Shown in pieces: positions 1-9,900 of a DNA stretch of 64,000 nucleotides. The stretch comes from a virus. The stretch is from positions 8,623 to 72,622 of IMG/VR virus record IMGVR_UViG_3300021498_000001; one strand, 5' to 3'. The position numbers and the translations under genes are program-made. Every line of letters starts with the position of its first letter. Positions within the stretch are counted from its first letter, which is position 1. The notes under the pieces were generated by a model, which saw only the letters and a program-made list of their open reading frames with translations, searched no databases and had not been told where the DNA came from.

Positions 1-638
1 GTAGGATAATAAACTGCAAAATCAATATGGTTGACTGGCTCTCCTTGCGCAGTGAAATAAGTAGAGCTACCTAAGAGTTTGGCAAAAAGATTCAAGACAA
101 AGAGAATGGCTTTAGAAATTGGACAAACCTCTGTAATAGGCACAACTCTTTTATGCCAAGCATATTCTCCACAAACTCTGCAAGGCTTGTGGTGATATGG
201 GCCTGGCTGGCATATTCTTTTTTCTGTCACTTCTTCGGGCTTTAGAGACGCATTGGGCGTGAGTACGTGCGCATTTGAACAAGCATACATTTGGCTATCT
301 TTTACACAAAGTAGCCCTAAAGAACCTGCGGTAATATCTTTGTGCCCCACAGAAGTGCCTAAAGGTATAGGCTCAAAAGGCTTGGTTTTATCTACTTTCT
401 CTCCCTCTAATGCGTTAACCTCACCTATCTCTACAACATCTACTCTAATTCCTTCAATTTCTCTAGGAATGATATCCTTCTTATGCAGATACTCCACAGG
501 CACTTTCTTTTTCACATAGACTCTAATCCCTTTCTCTGCAATAGGCTTTCCTTCTACCAGAATTGGCATTAGTGTCTTGGAGCAACCAATCACATTGCGC
601 TTAGTTTTTAATTTGCGATATACATTGTCAATTTTCAT
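1..638 (-). CDS. Trypsin-like (S1/Nal1-like) serine protease, 3' end truncated by the window edge
   Basis: Not in the ORF track; translated by hand from ATG at 638: MKIDNVYRKLK...IRVYVKKK...IPREIEGIRVDVVEIG...ITAGSLG...SNAHVL...QPG...IDFAVY. The TAGxLG, NxHV and D-x-A motifs fit the His and Asp of a trypsin-fold triad; the Ser lies outside the window. Confidence 0.7.
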   Translation of the reverse strand, partial: MKIDNVYRKLKTKRNVIGCSKTLMPILVEGKPIAEKGIRVYVKKKVPVEYLHKKDIIPREIEGIRVDVVEIGEVNALEGEKVDKTKPFEPIPLGTSVGHKDITAGSLGLLCVKDSQMYACSNAHVLTPNASLKPEEVTEKRICQPGPYHHKPCRVCGEYAWHKRVVPITEVCPISKAILFVLNLFAKLLGSSTYFTAQGEPVNHIDFAVYYP

Positions 639-640
639 TT

Positions 641-1219
641 TTAATCCTCCTTCTTTATGCAATCTGTTCCTAACATTGTGCATATAATAGGATTCGTAGG
701 CTTCTCAGGTTCTGTTTGTGGACATTCAAGTCCAAGTTCATTTGCAAGATACAAATCTCCTTGATTATATCGCTTATACTCTTTAAACTCTGGAATTTCA
801 TTTTTATCCAAAGGAAAATAAGGATTTTCAGGCAAGGTCATAAGCCATTTTCTGAATAATTGAATCGTCTTATATTTAACTCCAACCCATTTATCACCTA
901 CAAATCCATAGCAACCTATGCCAAATAGTGCTCTCGTAATATTCTTAGACCAATCCTTATAAATAGCTACCAGAAAGACAGAAACCTGAATACTGCGTTT
1001 TCCAAATAAATATAGATTTCTGTATTGTACAAAGCCATCCCAAAAATGCATGATATAAGGCTTAATAAACCGCCCTTCTGGCCTCCATGCTTTCTTATCT
1101 TGAATACTAACCCAATTCTTATAAATCTCTACTTTGACTCCATCAGGACACTCTAAGACGCCTTTAGTAGGTTCTCCTCTCTCATTCCAAGCTATTGTAT
1201 CCCAATTAGAAAGTCCCAT
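641..1219 (-). CDS. Hypothetical protein (paralog of frameshifted gene at 54600-55003)
   Basis: 192-aa ORF; shares LSNWDxxAWNExGEP, ExYKxW and GIGxYG..WVG motifs with the 54.6-kb gene. Confidence 0.75.
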   Translation of the reverse strand: MGLSNWDTIAWNERGEPTKGVLECPDGVKVEIYKNWVSIQDKKAWRPEGRFIKPYIMHFWDGFVQYRNLYLFGKRSIQVSVFLVAIYKDWSKNITRALFGIGCYGFVGDKWVGVKYKTIQLFRKWLMTLPENPYFPLDKNEIPEFKEYKRYNQGDLYLANELGLECPQTEPEKPTNPIICTMLGTDCIKKED

Positions 1220-1223
1220 CTTA

Positions 1224-1997
1224 TTACACTAAGTTCTCAAATAACTCACACCAAACAGCAGGATCGATTATCAAAGGCTTGTTGTTTTCTCTTAAAGGAA
1301 AAAGATTTGTAAGTTGTGCTAATGTTATCGCTTTGGGTTGGAGTTCCCTATCCATCTTGTTTATCTGGTCTTTATCTTTGCATAGAATCCAACAATCTTT
1401 ATTCTTTGCTGCTGACAGCATAAATTGAAAATGTGATTCTATTCCTGTAACTTTATAATACTCACATATTTCCTTAAATGCAGTGTAATAGGCTCTCAAA
1501 TACTTGCCTTCTCTGTTTATGCGGTCTTGTTCTTCTTTCAGCACCTTAGTAGAATGCATCCAAATATCGACTGCCTTAATATAATCTCTTGCAACATTTC
1601 GCTTTGTCTTATCGGGGCAATTGCCTTCCCATGTTCTAATTAAATTCTTAATTGCTATTTCCACTTCCATGTTGAAATTATTCCAGCAATACATCAGTGA
1701 CAAGGCATATTCGTAAAAATCATCCCAGCATTGAGTTGCTTCATTCATTGCTGCTATCACGATATCTTCTTTCTGATAATAGTGAAATTTGTACCAACGA
1801 TGTTCATTCTCAATTGGGTCTTTACCTCGTAGAGGGACTTGAAAGGCTGCAGAAATATGGCTTGGTTTGCCAAAATATTTATCGAATCTTCTTAACGCTT
1901 CACAATAATACAATGCTACATGCTCTTTTTGTTTACACTCATCAAAAATTTCTATCCAAGACTTATCTTTATTTTTCTTCTCCAATTGCTCCTCCAT
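1224..1997 (-). CDS. Hypothetical protein, N-terminal half paralogous to 1969-2454
   Basis: KNKDKSWIEI..ALR..D..FQVPLR versus KNQDKPWIEV..ALR..D..FTCPLR. Confidence 0.7.
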   Translation of the reverse strand: MEEQLEKKNKDKSWIEIFDECKQKEHVALYYCEALRRFDKYFGKPSHISAAFQVPLRGKDPIENEHRWYKFHYYQKEDIVIAAMNEATQCWDDFYEYALSLMYCWNNFNMEVEIAIKNLIRTWEGNCPDKTKRNVARDYIKAVDIWMHSTKVLKEEQDRINREGKYLRAYYTAFKEICEYYKVTGIESHFQFMLSAAKNKDCWILCKDKDQINKMDRELQPKAITLAQLTNLFPLRENNKPLIIDPAVWCELFENLV

Positions 1998-2454
1998 ATT
2001 CCTGATTGATTACTCTTTCACTGTTCAACCATTCATCTACATATTCCTTATATTTGCAAGCCAGTGCTTTTGCTCGGTCTTCTTGTTCATCTAATATTGT
2101 TCCCATTAATTCACTGAGAATATCTGCAACCTTTGGATTTAAGAAACTCCATGCAAACCTAACATATTCTAAATAATGTAAATATTTATATTTATTATTT
2201 GTGTCACTTAGATAAATGAATACTGATTCTATGTCTTTCAATGATAAGCGCTTATATTCCTTTACATCTATGAATATTTCATTTCTAACTCTCAATGGAC
2301 ATGTAAATATTGTCTCAAGACGTCTATCATTCATAGTGATGGATTCCATAATATCAGGTCCTCTCAAAGCTGAGGCATAAGCCCAAAGTGCCTCTTTACT
2401 ATGATTTCTACATATTTCCATGACTTCTATCCAAGGTTTATCCTGATTTTTCAT
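1969..2454 (-). CDS. Hypothetical protein (tandem paralog)
   Basis: GGAGG RBS upstream; similar to the downstream ORF. Confidence 0.7.
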   Translation of the reverse strand: MKNQDKPWIEVMEICRNHSKEALWAYASALRGPDIMESITMNDRRLETIFTCPLRVRNEIFIDVKEYKRLSLKDIESVFIYLSDTNNKYKYLHYLEYVRFAWSFLNPKVADILSELMGTILDEQEDRAKALACKYKEYVDEWLNSERVINQEYGGAIGEEK

Positions 2455-2470
2455 TGAAGCCTCCTACTGA

Positions 2471-2944
2471 TTATTGCAATATCTTCTTTGTCTTTGTCTC
2501 CATTTGTATCATTTGCTCGAGCATTGCAACTTTTTGAGCCAACTTAGCAGTAGCCTCGCTTAGGTTAGATAACAAATCACATATCTTAGAAACATCCTTA
2601 GCTAGATTTGCTGTTTGCCTTTCTGCAATATTCACTCTGCTCTTAGTTAATGTTTCCTTCAAAAATGATTCAGCCATTCTGCATCCAGCCTTATCCTCTT
2701 TTAAAATCAACTTTATTGCCTCATGTCTTGTAAATCCTTGCTTTGTTAAGTGCTTAAACATTTCACTGTACAACTTGGCTCTTTTCTCAGATAGATTTGT
2801 CAAACCATCTAAAATTGAATCTGTCACTGTGTAAGCAATATCTTTGAGCAACTGCCATGTTTCATTGACTAGTTTCCTTATCTCTGGGTTATTTCTCAAT
2901 TGCTCCAATGCTATTGTTGCTTCATTAAGGTCATCAAATTTCAT
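2471..2944 (-). CDS. Hypothetical coiled-coil protein
   Basis: 157-aa ORF with AGGAGG RBS, in a tightly packed leftward operon. Confidence 0.7.
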   Translation of the reverse strand: MKFDDLNEATIALEQLRNNPEIRKLVNETWQLLKDIAYTVTDSILDGLTNLSEKRAKLYSEMFKHLTKQGFTRHEAIKLILKEDKAGCRMAESFLKETLTKSRVNIAERQTANLAKDVSKICDLLSNLSEATAKLAQKVAMLEQMIQMETKTKKILQ

Positions 2945-2953
2945 TTTGCCTCC

Positions 2954-3139
2954 TTATTGATTTGCACTTGATATAAAATTACTGCTTTCGTCCTTCCAAA
3001 GTTGAATTGCTATATCCAAGGCTCCTTTCATTTGAGAAGGAGTGTAATTAAATTCTTTCATTAGCTCATAAAGCCTGTAAGCTAAGTCACTAATTTCTGG
3101 ACTTGCCATAAATGCATAGAAATGGAGGAAGTTATCCAT
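2954..3139 (-). CDS. Hypothetical protein, probably (near-)leaderless
   Basis: ATG 9 nt downstream of the -10 box of the leftward promoter. Confidence 0.6.
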   Translation of the reverse strand: MDNFLHFYAFMASPEISDLAYRLYELMKEFNYTPSQMKGALDIAIQLWKDESSNFISSANQ

Positions 3140-3148
3140 CTTAATTGT

Positions 3149-3177
3149 AAGATACTATATTAAGATTAACCTGTCAA
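3149..3177 (-). promoter_or_regulatory. sigma70-type promoter (TTGACA-17-TATCTT)
   Basis: -35 at 3172-3177, -10 at 3149-3154, 17-bp spacer. Confidence 0.7.
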
Positions 3178-3202
3178 GTCAAATCAATTCTGTAAGCTAG
3201 TC

Positions 3203-3231
3203 TTGACTTTTCAAGCCTTCTATGTTACATT
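3203..3231 (+). promoter_or_regulatory. sigma70-type promoter for the packaging/head operon (TTGACT-17-TACATT, extended -10 TG)
   Basis: -35 at 3203-3208, -10 at 3226-3231, ATG at 3238. Confidence 0.65.
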
Positions 3232-3237
3232 TAAGAC

Positions 3238-3486
3238 ATGCCAAAGAATGTTAGACAGTCCAAAACAAGCAAAGCCAGAAGCCAGACCACTCAATCTAAG
3301 ACTGAATTGAAAACTCAAACTCAGTCTAAAGCTGTCAAACCTAAAAAGAAGCCTATCAAGACTCTGAGTGACGCACTAATCCATATAAATGTTGCAGGCT
3401 CTAATGTTCGCAGTGTGCATGAGTTTGAAGACAAATTCGTGATTGACCTAAAGACTGGCGAAAGGCTTGTTGTAAAGAAAAGCTAA
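3238..3486 (+). CDS. Small basic protein upstream of TerL (function unknown; TerS position)
   Basis: Lys/Ser/Thr-rich N-terminus; its stop overlaps the TerL ATG. Confidence 0.6.
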   Translation: MPKNVRQSKTSKARSQTTQSKTELKTQTQSKAVKPKKKPIKTLSDALIHINVAGSNVRSVHEFEDKFVIDLKTGERLVVKKS

Positions 3487-5051
3487 TGCTACTTGAAAGT
3501 TCTGGCAACAAGCAATTAGTTGCTTCATTGTGTAAAGTCTTCCAAAAAGACCCTTTAGTATTCCCAGAAAAAGTCCTAGGCGTTACTCTTTGGGATAAGC
3601 AAAAAGAAATAATTAGAGCAGTATTTGAGAATGAAAGAGTAGCTGTACCTGCATGCAATCATGCAAGCAAGACTCATACTGCTGCATGTCTGGCTCTTGC
3701 ATTCTTATTTACATATTATCCTTCCAAGGTTATTACTACCTCTGCATTCAAAGAGCAAGTCAAGGATGCTTTGTGGAGTGAAATCAAGTCAAGGATAAAA
3801 TATTCTATTGTCCCTTTGGTAGAAGATAAATACGTTACATCAATGGGTCTTTATTTAGGCCCAGATTGGTATGCTATAGGTTTAAGACCTCAGGATAATT
3901 CACAAGAGGCATTTCAAGGGAGGCATAGTGAGAATATTTTGATAGAATTTGATGAAAGTAGTGGGATTAGTGAAAATATCTGGGAAGCAGCCGAAGGATT
4001 AATGACTTCTACTAACTGTCACTGGGTAGCTCTTGGAAACCCATTCGATCCTCTATCTCCTTTTGGCGAGGCATGTCACAGCGATGATTGGGTAACCATA
4101 CACATCTCTGCTTATGATACTCCCAATGTCAAAGCAGGTAAAAATATCTATCCAAAACTAATGCCTTGGGACTGGCCCGAAAAGAAAAAAAGACAATGGG
4201 GCGAAGATAGTGCAATATATCAAGTCAGGGTTTTGGGCAGATTCCCAGACAAACAAGAAGAGAGACTTATACCCTTTTCTCTTGCCAAACAAACTGTGGA
4301 GAGAAAGTATGAGAGAAATTCAAGTGAGCCTTTAATAATAGGTCTTGATCCTTCTGGTTTGGGAAGGGATAAGACTGTTTGGGTTATGAGGCAAGGACTT
4401 TCTATTGTTGCAATTAAATGGGTCTTGAGTGCTACAGATGAAGCAATAGGAAGGAAGACCTTGGATTATGCAAGAATTTACAAAAGCTCTGATAATCCTA
4501 CAGTCATAAATATAGATGCTGGATGGGGCAAAGGGATATATGAATATTTGAAAAAGCATGCAGATCCAGAGAAAGTCAAGGTCAATGCTGTATATCTTTC
4601 TTCTCAAGCTCAAGAGAAAGAAGAGTTTTATAATCTAAGGACAGAAGCTGCTTTTAGACTTAGAGAGTCAATAGAAAAAGGCTTATGTTTGTCTCCTTCT
4701 GCAAGAGTTGTTAAAGATATGTGGCTTGAGGATATAACTGCTCCTAATTTTGAAGAGGATGCTAAGAGTGGCAAAAAGAAATTAGAAAGTAAGAAGCATT
4801 TAAAGAAGAGATTGGGCCGTTCTCCAGACTTTCTAGATGCTACATTGCTTACATTTGTCTCGGATTATCGTGTTGCTCCAATTATGGTCTCTGCTACTCA
4901 TTTTGAGCTAGAAAACAAGACTCAAGAGCAAGAGCGAAGCGAGGGTTCAATCTATTCTGTTTTCCCCTCCGCTGTGCGGCAATTTAAGGTTATAAGAAGA
5001 GCGCCTCTATTCTATTTTAGGCGAAATATACGCAGTTCATTTGGAGGATAG
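3486..5051 (+). CDS. terL: Terminase large subunit
   Basis: Q-motif (LWDKQKEI), variant Walker A (ACNHASKT), Walker B (ILIEFDES), motif III GNP, RNase H-like nuclease (GLDPSGLGRD ... SPDFLDA). Confidence 0.92.
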   Translation: MLLESSGNKQLVASLCKVFQKDPLVFPEKVLGVTLWDKQKEIIRAVFENERVAVPACNHASKTHTAACLALAFLFTYYPSKVITTSAFKEQVKDALWSEIKSRIKYSIVPLVEDKYVTSMGLYLGPDWYAIGLRPQDNSQEAFQGRHSENILIEFDESSGISENIWEAAEGLMTSTNCHWVALGNPFDPLSPFGEACHSDDWVTIHISAYDTPNVKAGKNIYPKLMPWDWPEKKKRQWGEDSAIYQVRVLGRFPDKQEERLIPFSLAKQTVERKYERNSSEPLIIGLDPSGLGRDKTVWVMRQGLSIVAIKWVLSATDEAIGRKTLDYARIYKSSDNPTVINIDAGWGKGIYEYLKKHADPEKVKVNAVYLSSQAQEKEEFYNLRTEAAFRLRESIEKGLCLSPSARVVKDMWLEDITAPNFEEDAKSGKKKLESKKHLKKRLGRSPDFLDATLLTFVSDYRVAPIMVSATHFELENKTQEQERSEGSIYSVFPSAVRQFKVIRRAPLFYFRRNIRSSFGG

Positions 5052-5053
5052 AG

Positions 5054-5350
5054 ATGGATAATGATGAGCTTTTGAAGACAGTTAAAGAAATGCTAGGAGA
5101 AATAATTGAGACTCATATCGGGTATATCAAGCGGGATTTACAACGCTTTGATAGAAATTTCCAAGTTTTATTCAATAAGCATGATGAGGCAATGAGGCAG
5201 ATAACGGGTCTAGACTCTGCAAGAATCAATCACGAAAAGCGATTGGAAAAATTAGAAAATAAAAGTAGGTTTAATACATTCATTTCTGGAGTATTTGGGT
5301 TTTTAGGTGGTTTGTTTTGGCAGGCCTCAAGGTGGTTTTGGAATAAATAA
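5054..5350 (+). CDS. Coiled-coil protein with C-terminal transmembrane helix (holin-like candidate)
   Basis: HEKRLEKLE coiled coil followed by hydrophobic FISGVFGFLGGLFW. Confidence 0.5.
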   Translation: MDNDELLKTVKEMLGEIIETHIGYIKRDLQRFDRNFQVLFNKHDEAMRQITGLDSARINHEKRLEKLENKSRFNTFISGVFGFLGGLFWQASRWFWNK

Positions 5351-5368
5351 GCAACAAGGAGGCAAATT

Positions 5369-5596
5369 ATGAAGAGGGCTTATTCAGAAGTGAGCCAAGA
5401 AGAATTTAAAGAATTGATGGGCGATGTGCTGCCTTCAGATGCACAGATTTATGCATTTGAGATAGTGCCAAACACATCGAGCATAAGAATTTATTTTTAC
5501 AGTGACGAAGCTCCAGATGTGCCTGAAAATACTACAAGTGCATATTACTTCAGGGCAGGCAGCACAGTAGAAGTAAAGCCCAAACGAAGAAGATAA
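5369..5596 (+). CDS. Hypothetical protein
   Basis: AAGGAGG RBS, 75 aa. Confidence 0.65.
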   Translation: MKRAYSEVSQEEFKELMGDVLPSDAQIYAFEIVPNTSSIRIYFYSDEAPDVPENTTSAYYFRAGSTVEVKPKRRR

Positions 5597-5623
5597 TGAA
5601 CAGTTAAATAGTAAGGAGAGATT

Positions 5624-6943
5624 ATGCCTTATTTCATTAAAAAATCTCCTGAAAAACCTGCACGTTTCTACGAAGCAACTTCTACTAGACTCTCTTTGCC
5701 TGGACAAGAGGAAACCAAATCTGAGGATTGGCCTGGGTGGAGAAGATTAACAGGTGCAGCTCCTCTTAGAGAACTTAAGCCTGGAATCTTTGAAAGAATG
5801 AGTCGTATAGCCAAATGGCTGTATGACTCTAATCCTCTTGCAAAGAGAATTATTGAATATATCAAGAATTTTGTTGTAGGTGAGGGTATCTACTTTGATG
5901 CAGAGGATGCCAGAGTTAAAGAGATACTGGATGCATTTTGGTATGATGATGTTAATAATTGGCCTCTAAGACAGCATGACAGAATCTTAGAGCTCTGTTT
6001 ATATGGAGAGAGTATCTGGCCTGTCACAGTAAATCCTTCTAATGGACATGTAAGATTGGGATTTATTGACCCTTTAGATGTAAAAGAAGTCGTGCCTAAT
6101 GAGGACAATTGCTTGATTCTAGAAAAGATAGTCTTGGCAAGGCCAATTCATGGAAAGACAGAGCTGTCTATTATAAGGCGAGATGAAAATCCAAATAGCG
6201 ATACTTTTGGATATCTCTCAGGTGAATGTTTCTTCTTCGCAATCAATAAAGTAAGTAATGCAACAAGAGGAGCAAGTGACCTCTTGCCTCTAATAGATTG
6301 GATAGATGCCTACGACCAGTTTCTCTTTACAAGACTAGAGCGACAAATGAATATCAATAACTTCTGCTGGGATGTTACATTAGAGGGAGCAGATAAGTAT
6401 GAGATAGAGCAATTTCTTAAGAATCTGCCTCCACCTACTCCAGGTACAGTAAGAGTTCACAATGAAAAGGTAACTTGGAATGTTGTTGCGCCTAAACTTG
6501 AGGCAAGAGATGCAAACCAAGAGAGCAGGCTTATAAGAAACCATATCCTAAGTGGTGCAGGTTTTCCTCCTTACTATTTTGCAGATACAGAAGGTGTGAG
6601 AGCTGTTGCTTATGAGCAGGCATTTCCTACAGAGAAAATGCTTATTACCAGACAGAAATACTTCAAAGCAATGATTGAGTATGTCTTTAACTTTGTTATA
6701 GACCAAGCCATTATTCACAAAAGACTGCCTGCAAATGTAAATCGCAAGTTTGAAATTGTATTTCCAGAAATATCTCTAAGGGATGTAGAGAGATTAAGCA
6801 GGGCACTTAAAAATGTAACTCTTTCTTTAGAGCACTTACAGCAAAATGGATTGGTTACAAATAGAGAGGCAAAAAAGATAATAAGAAACTTGCTTAGTCA
6901 AATGGGATTGGAGTTAGAGGAGTTAAATGGAAGAAAAGGATAA
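5624..6943 (+). CDS. Portal protein
   Basis: Follows TerL; 439 aa; NPLAKRII..NFVVGEG, LYGE, RGASDL and FEIVFPEI motifs typical of phage portals. Confidence 0.85.
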   Translation: MPYFIKKSPEKPARFYEATSTRLSLPGQEETKSEDWPGWRRLTGAAPLRELKPGIFERMSRIAKWLYDSNPLAKRIIEYIKNFVVGEGIYFDAEDARVKEILDAFWYDDVNNWPLRQHDRILELCLYGESIWPVTVNPSNGHVRLGFIDPLDVKEVVPNEDNCLILEKIVLARPIHGKTELSIIRRDENPNSDTFGYLSGECFFFAINKVSNATRGASDLLPLIDWIDAYDQFLFTRLERQMNINNFCWDVTLEGADKYEIEQFLKNLPPPTPGTVRVHNEKVTWNVVAPKLEARDANQESRLIRNHILSGAGFPPYYFADTEGVRAVAYEQAFPTEKMLITRQKYFKAMIEYVFNFVIDQAIIHKRLPANVNRKFEIVFPEISLRDVERLSRALKNVTLSLEHLQQNGLVTNREAKKIIRNLLSQMGLELEELNGRKG

Positions 6944-9900
6944 TTTAGATAGGCTAAGCGAGCTTCATTTAGAGCAGTTTAGAAAAGAAGGGATTGATTA
7001 CGACCTTAAGAATCCTCAAACTAGATGGAAACAACTCTATGCAGACCTTCGTTACATCTTTGACTCTGGTCTGCCTAGAATTTGGAAAGGGAAAAAATGG
7101 GGAGATTGGACAGAAGAAGACTGTCTTAGATATGCAGGCAAGATTATAGATGCCTTGCGTTCAGTTTATTTTCCTTTAATCCCACCTTCCAAGAATGACC
7201 CCAGATACAACACAAGCTACTGGAAAGCCTATCGCAAGGCAGAAGAGAAGGGATATGTCAAATCCAAGCCTCCCAAATCAGAAGAACTACCTGAATGGGA
7301 TAAAAAGCGCAAAGAGATAATCAAGACCTCTTTAGAAGAAGCAGAGAGAAAATTAGATGGACTTTATTTAACACCTCCACATGGTGAGCTTTTCTGGACT
7401 GATGAAAAGAAGTTGCTCGTGAAAACAAAGGAGTTTGACTTATCCAAGCCTCATTATCTTATAGAAGATGGATACTGCTATGGCATTATCTCATTTAAGA
7501 AGCCTAAAGAAATAACTAAACAGCAATTCTTCTCTGAAGAGTTTAAGAAAAAACATCGCATTTTGGATACAGAAGCTTGGCAATGGTGGAGAATGACGAG
7601 GGACAATGCAGTGGAGCCTAAGCTGTATGCTTATGAGATAAAAGAATTCAAACCTTTTGATGTACCTAGAAGAGTGAGAGTGCCTAAGGGCATACAGGTT
7701 ATTGTGAAGGCAGACAATATTGAATTTGTGAGTGAAGATGAAGAGAAACCTGCAAAGATTGATTGGCCTACAATGGCAGCAAAGGAGGCAAAGACTGATT
7801 TTATTAAATTCTATGGTACAAAAGGATATATAGAAGAGGAGAGTGAAAGACATAAATATCATACCTGTATTTTATTTTCTCTAAATGACACAAATATCTT
7901 GTTAGATTATGGAGAAAGGCATCCAGCAGAGATAGAAGAAAGAGTGGATGTAGTATTGAACTCGCATCGGCACGTCGATCATATATGCCCTGAAACAGTC
8001 AACTTTGCTTGCCCTTTATATGTATCTCAGCAAACTTTAGAAAGAGTAGATTTTCCTCTGCCTGAAGACATTAGAGTCTATCGGCCCAGAGAACCTTTTA
8101 AAATCGACAATATAGAAATCACTGCCTATCCAGTTTACCACTCTATTCGTGCTCCTATGCATATCTTCAAAATCGAAACAGACAATCTTGCCATAGGAGT
8201 AATGACTGATTTTTTGGGATTTAGAGACAAGAATGATGAGGACTCCTTTTATCCAGATTTAGACATTGTAATTATAGATGGCAGTAGCATTACAAGAGAT
8301 TTAAGGCGATGGAGAGAAGAGCATGACGAGCCTTTTGGACATGAGAGTGTAATACACCAGATAGAAAGGATTAGAGATAAGTGTGAGAAAAATCCTGTAA
8401 TAATCCTCACTCATATAGGCAATGAAGGACTTGAGCTAGGTGATGAGAGAATTCTAGAGTTATTGTCAGAGCAATTTCCTAATATGAGGATATATGTTGC
8501 CAAAGATGGCAGTATATTTGATTTGAAGACAAAGCGATTTACAGAAGCATTCAAAGGAGAACAAATCTGCAAAGATATAGTTGCAAACTTGCCTTCCTTT
8601 ACATGGATACCTGAATTTGTAAGCATAACAGGCTCTACCTTATTTACAAAAGACCATGCGCCTAGAGATTTAGATGTGATGTGCAAGGCAGAAGAAATAA
8701 ATGGAAAGTGGTATATACCTGTGGATACTTCTTTATTACTTAAACTGCAACGAGCGTATCAATATGCAACAAAGAAAGTATTAGGTAAGGCAATTAAAGC
8801 TGACTTTCCTCCTCCCTCGTTGATAGGCCCAAATTGGTGTGTTGATGATAAAACTGAGATTTTAACCAAGGATAGAGGTTGGGTATTATTCAAAGACTTA
8901 AAGGAATCAGACTTAGTAGCTACAGTATCAAAGGACGACTATTTAGAATTTCAGAAACCAATAAGATATTTCTCTAATTTCTATAAAGGAAAAATGATTC
9001 ATATCAAGAATAAGAATATAGATTTATTGGTCACTCCAGAACATAAGGTTATCTATTATCCATGTTTCACGAGAAATAAAAAACGAATCATATCTGAAGA
9101 ATGGCAGATGATAGAAGCTCAGAAACTCCTTGAAATGAAAGGAAGAATTTATTTGAAACTAGGATGCAAATGGAAAGGTGATGGTGATTCAATATTTTGG
9201 ATTCCACCCTGTATTGGATACAACATGAAGTTAGAACCGCCAGTACCAATTGATATGGAAGATTTTGCTATGTTTATGGGATGGTATTTATCTGAAGGAA
9301 GTGTTCACATTACACCAAAACAAGTTTACTCCGTCTGTATTGCACAATATGAAGACTCTCCTAAGTTTCAAGAATTAAAGGAATTACTATCTCGCTTGCC
9401 ATTTGACTTTAAAGAAGTAAGAGGGAACCAAGACAATCCAGAAAAGATTACTGGATTTTGTTGCAAATCGAAACAGTTAGCTTTATATCTTAAACAATTT
9501 GGTAAATGTTATGATAAGTTTATTCCTAATGAAATTAAGAATCAAAAACCAGAAATACTGAAAAGATTTTTAGAATGTTATTTCTATGGCGATGGACATT
9601 TGAGAAAAAGAGCAAAAGGACTGTATGTTGCTAAAACTGTATCTGAACGCTTAGCTGGTGACCTGCAAGAAATTGGCTTGAAGCTAGGAATTAGAGTCTC
9701 CTATAATAAGGAAGGAAATGGAAAACGAAGAAGAATCTACATTGGTAATTTCACTCTTGAATCTAAGTGGAAAAGCAAAATGAGGCAATTATGTCGTGTT
9801 TGTCTTGAGCTTGGACATGTAAAGGAAGTACCATATGAAGGAATGATATATGCAGTTGAAGTGCCTAATGGTATTGTTATTGTTAGGAGAAACTTTAGAT

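Noticed and set aside
253-519. Plus-strand 88-aa ORF
   Set aside because: Shadow of the minus-strand protease gene.
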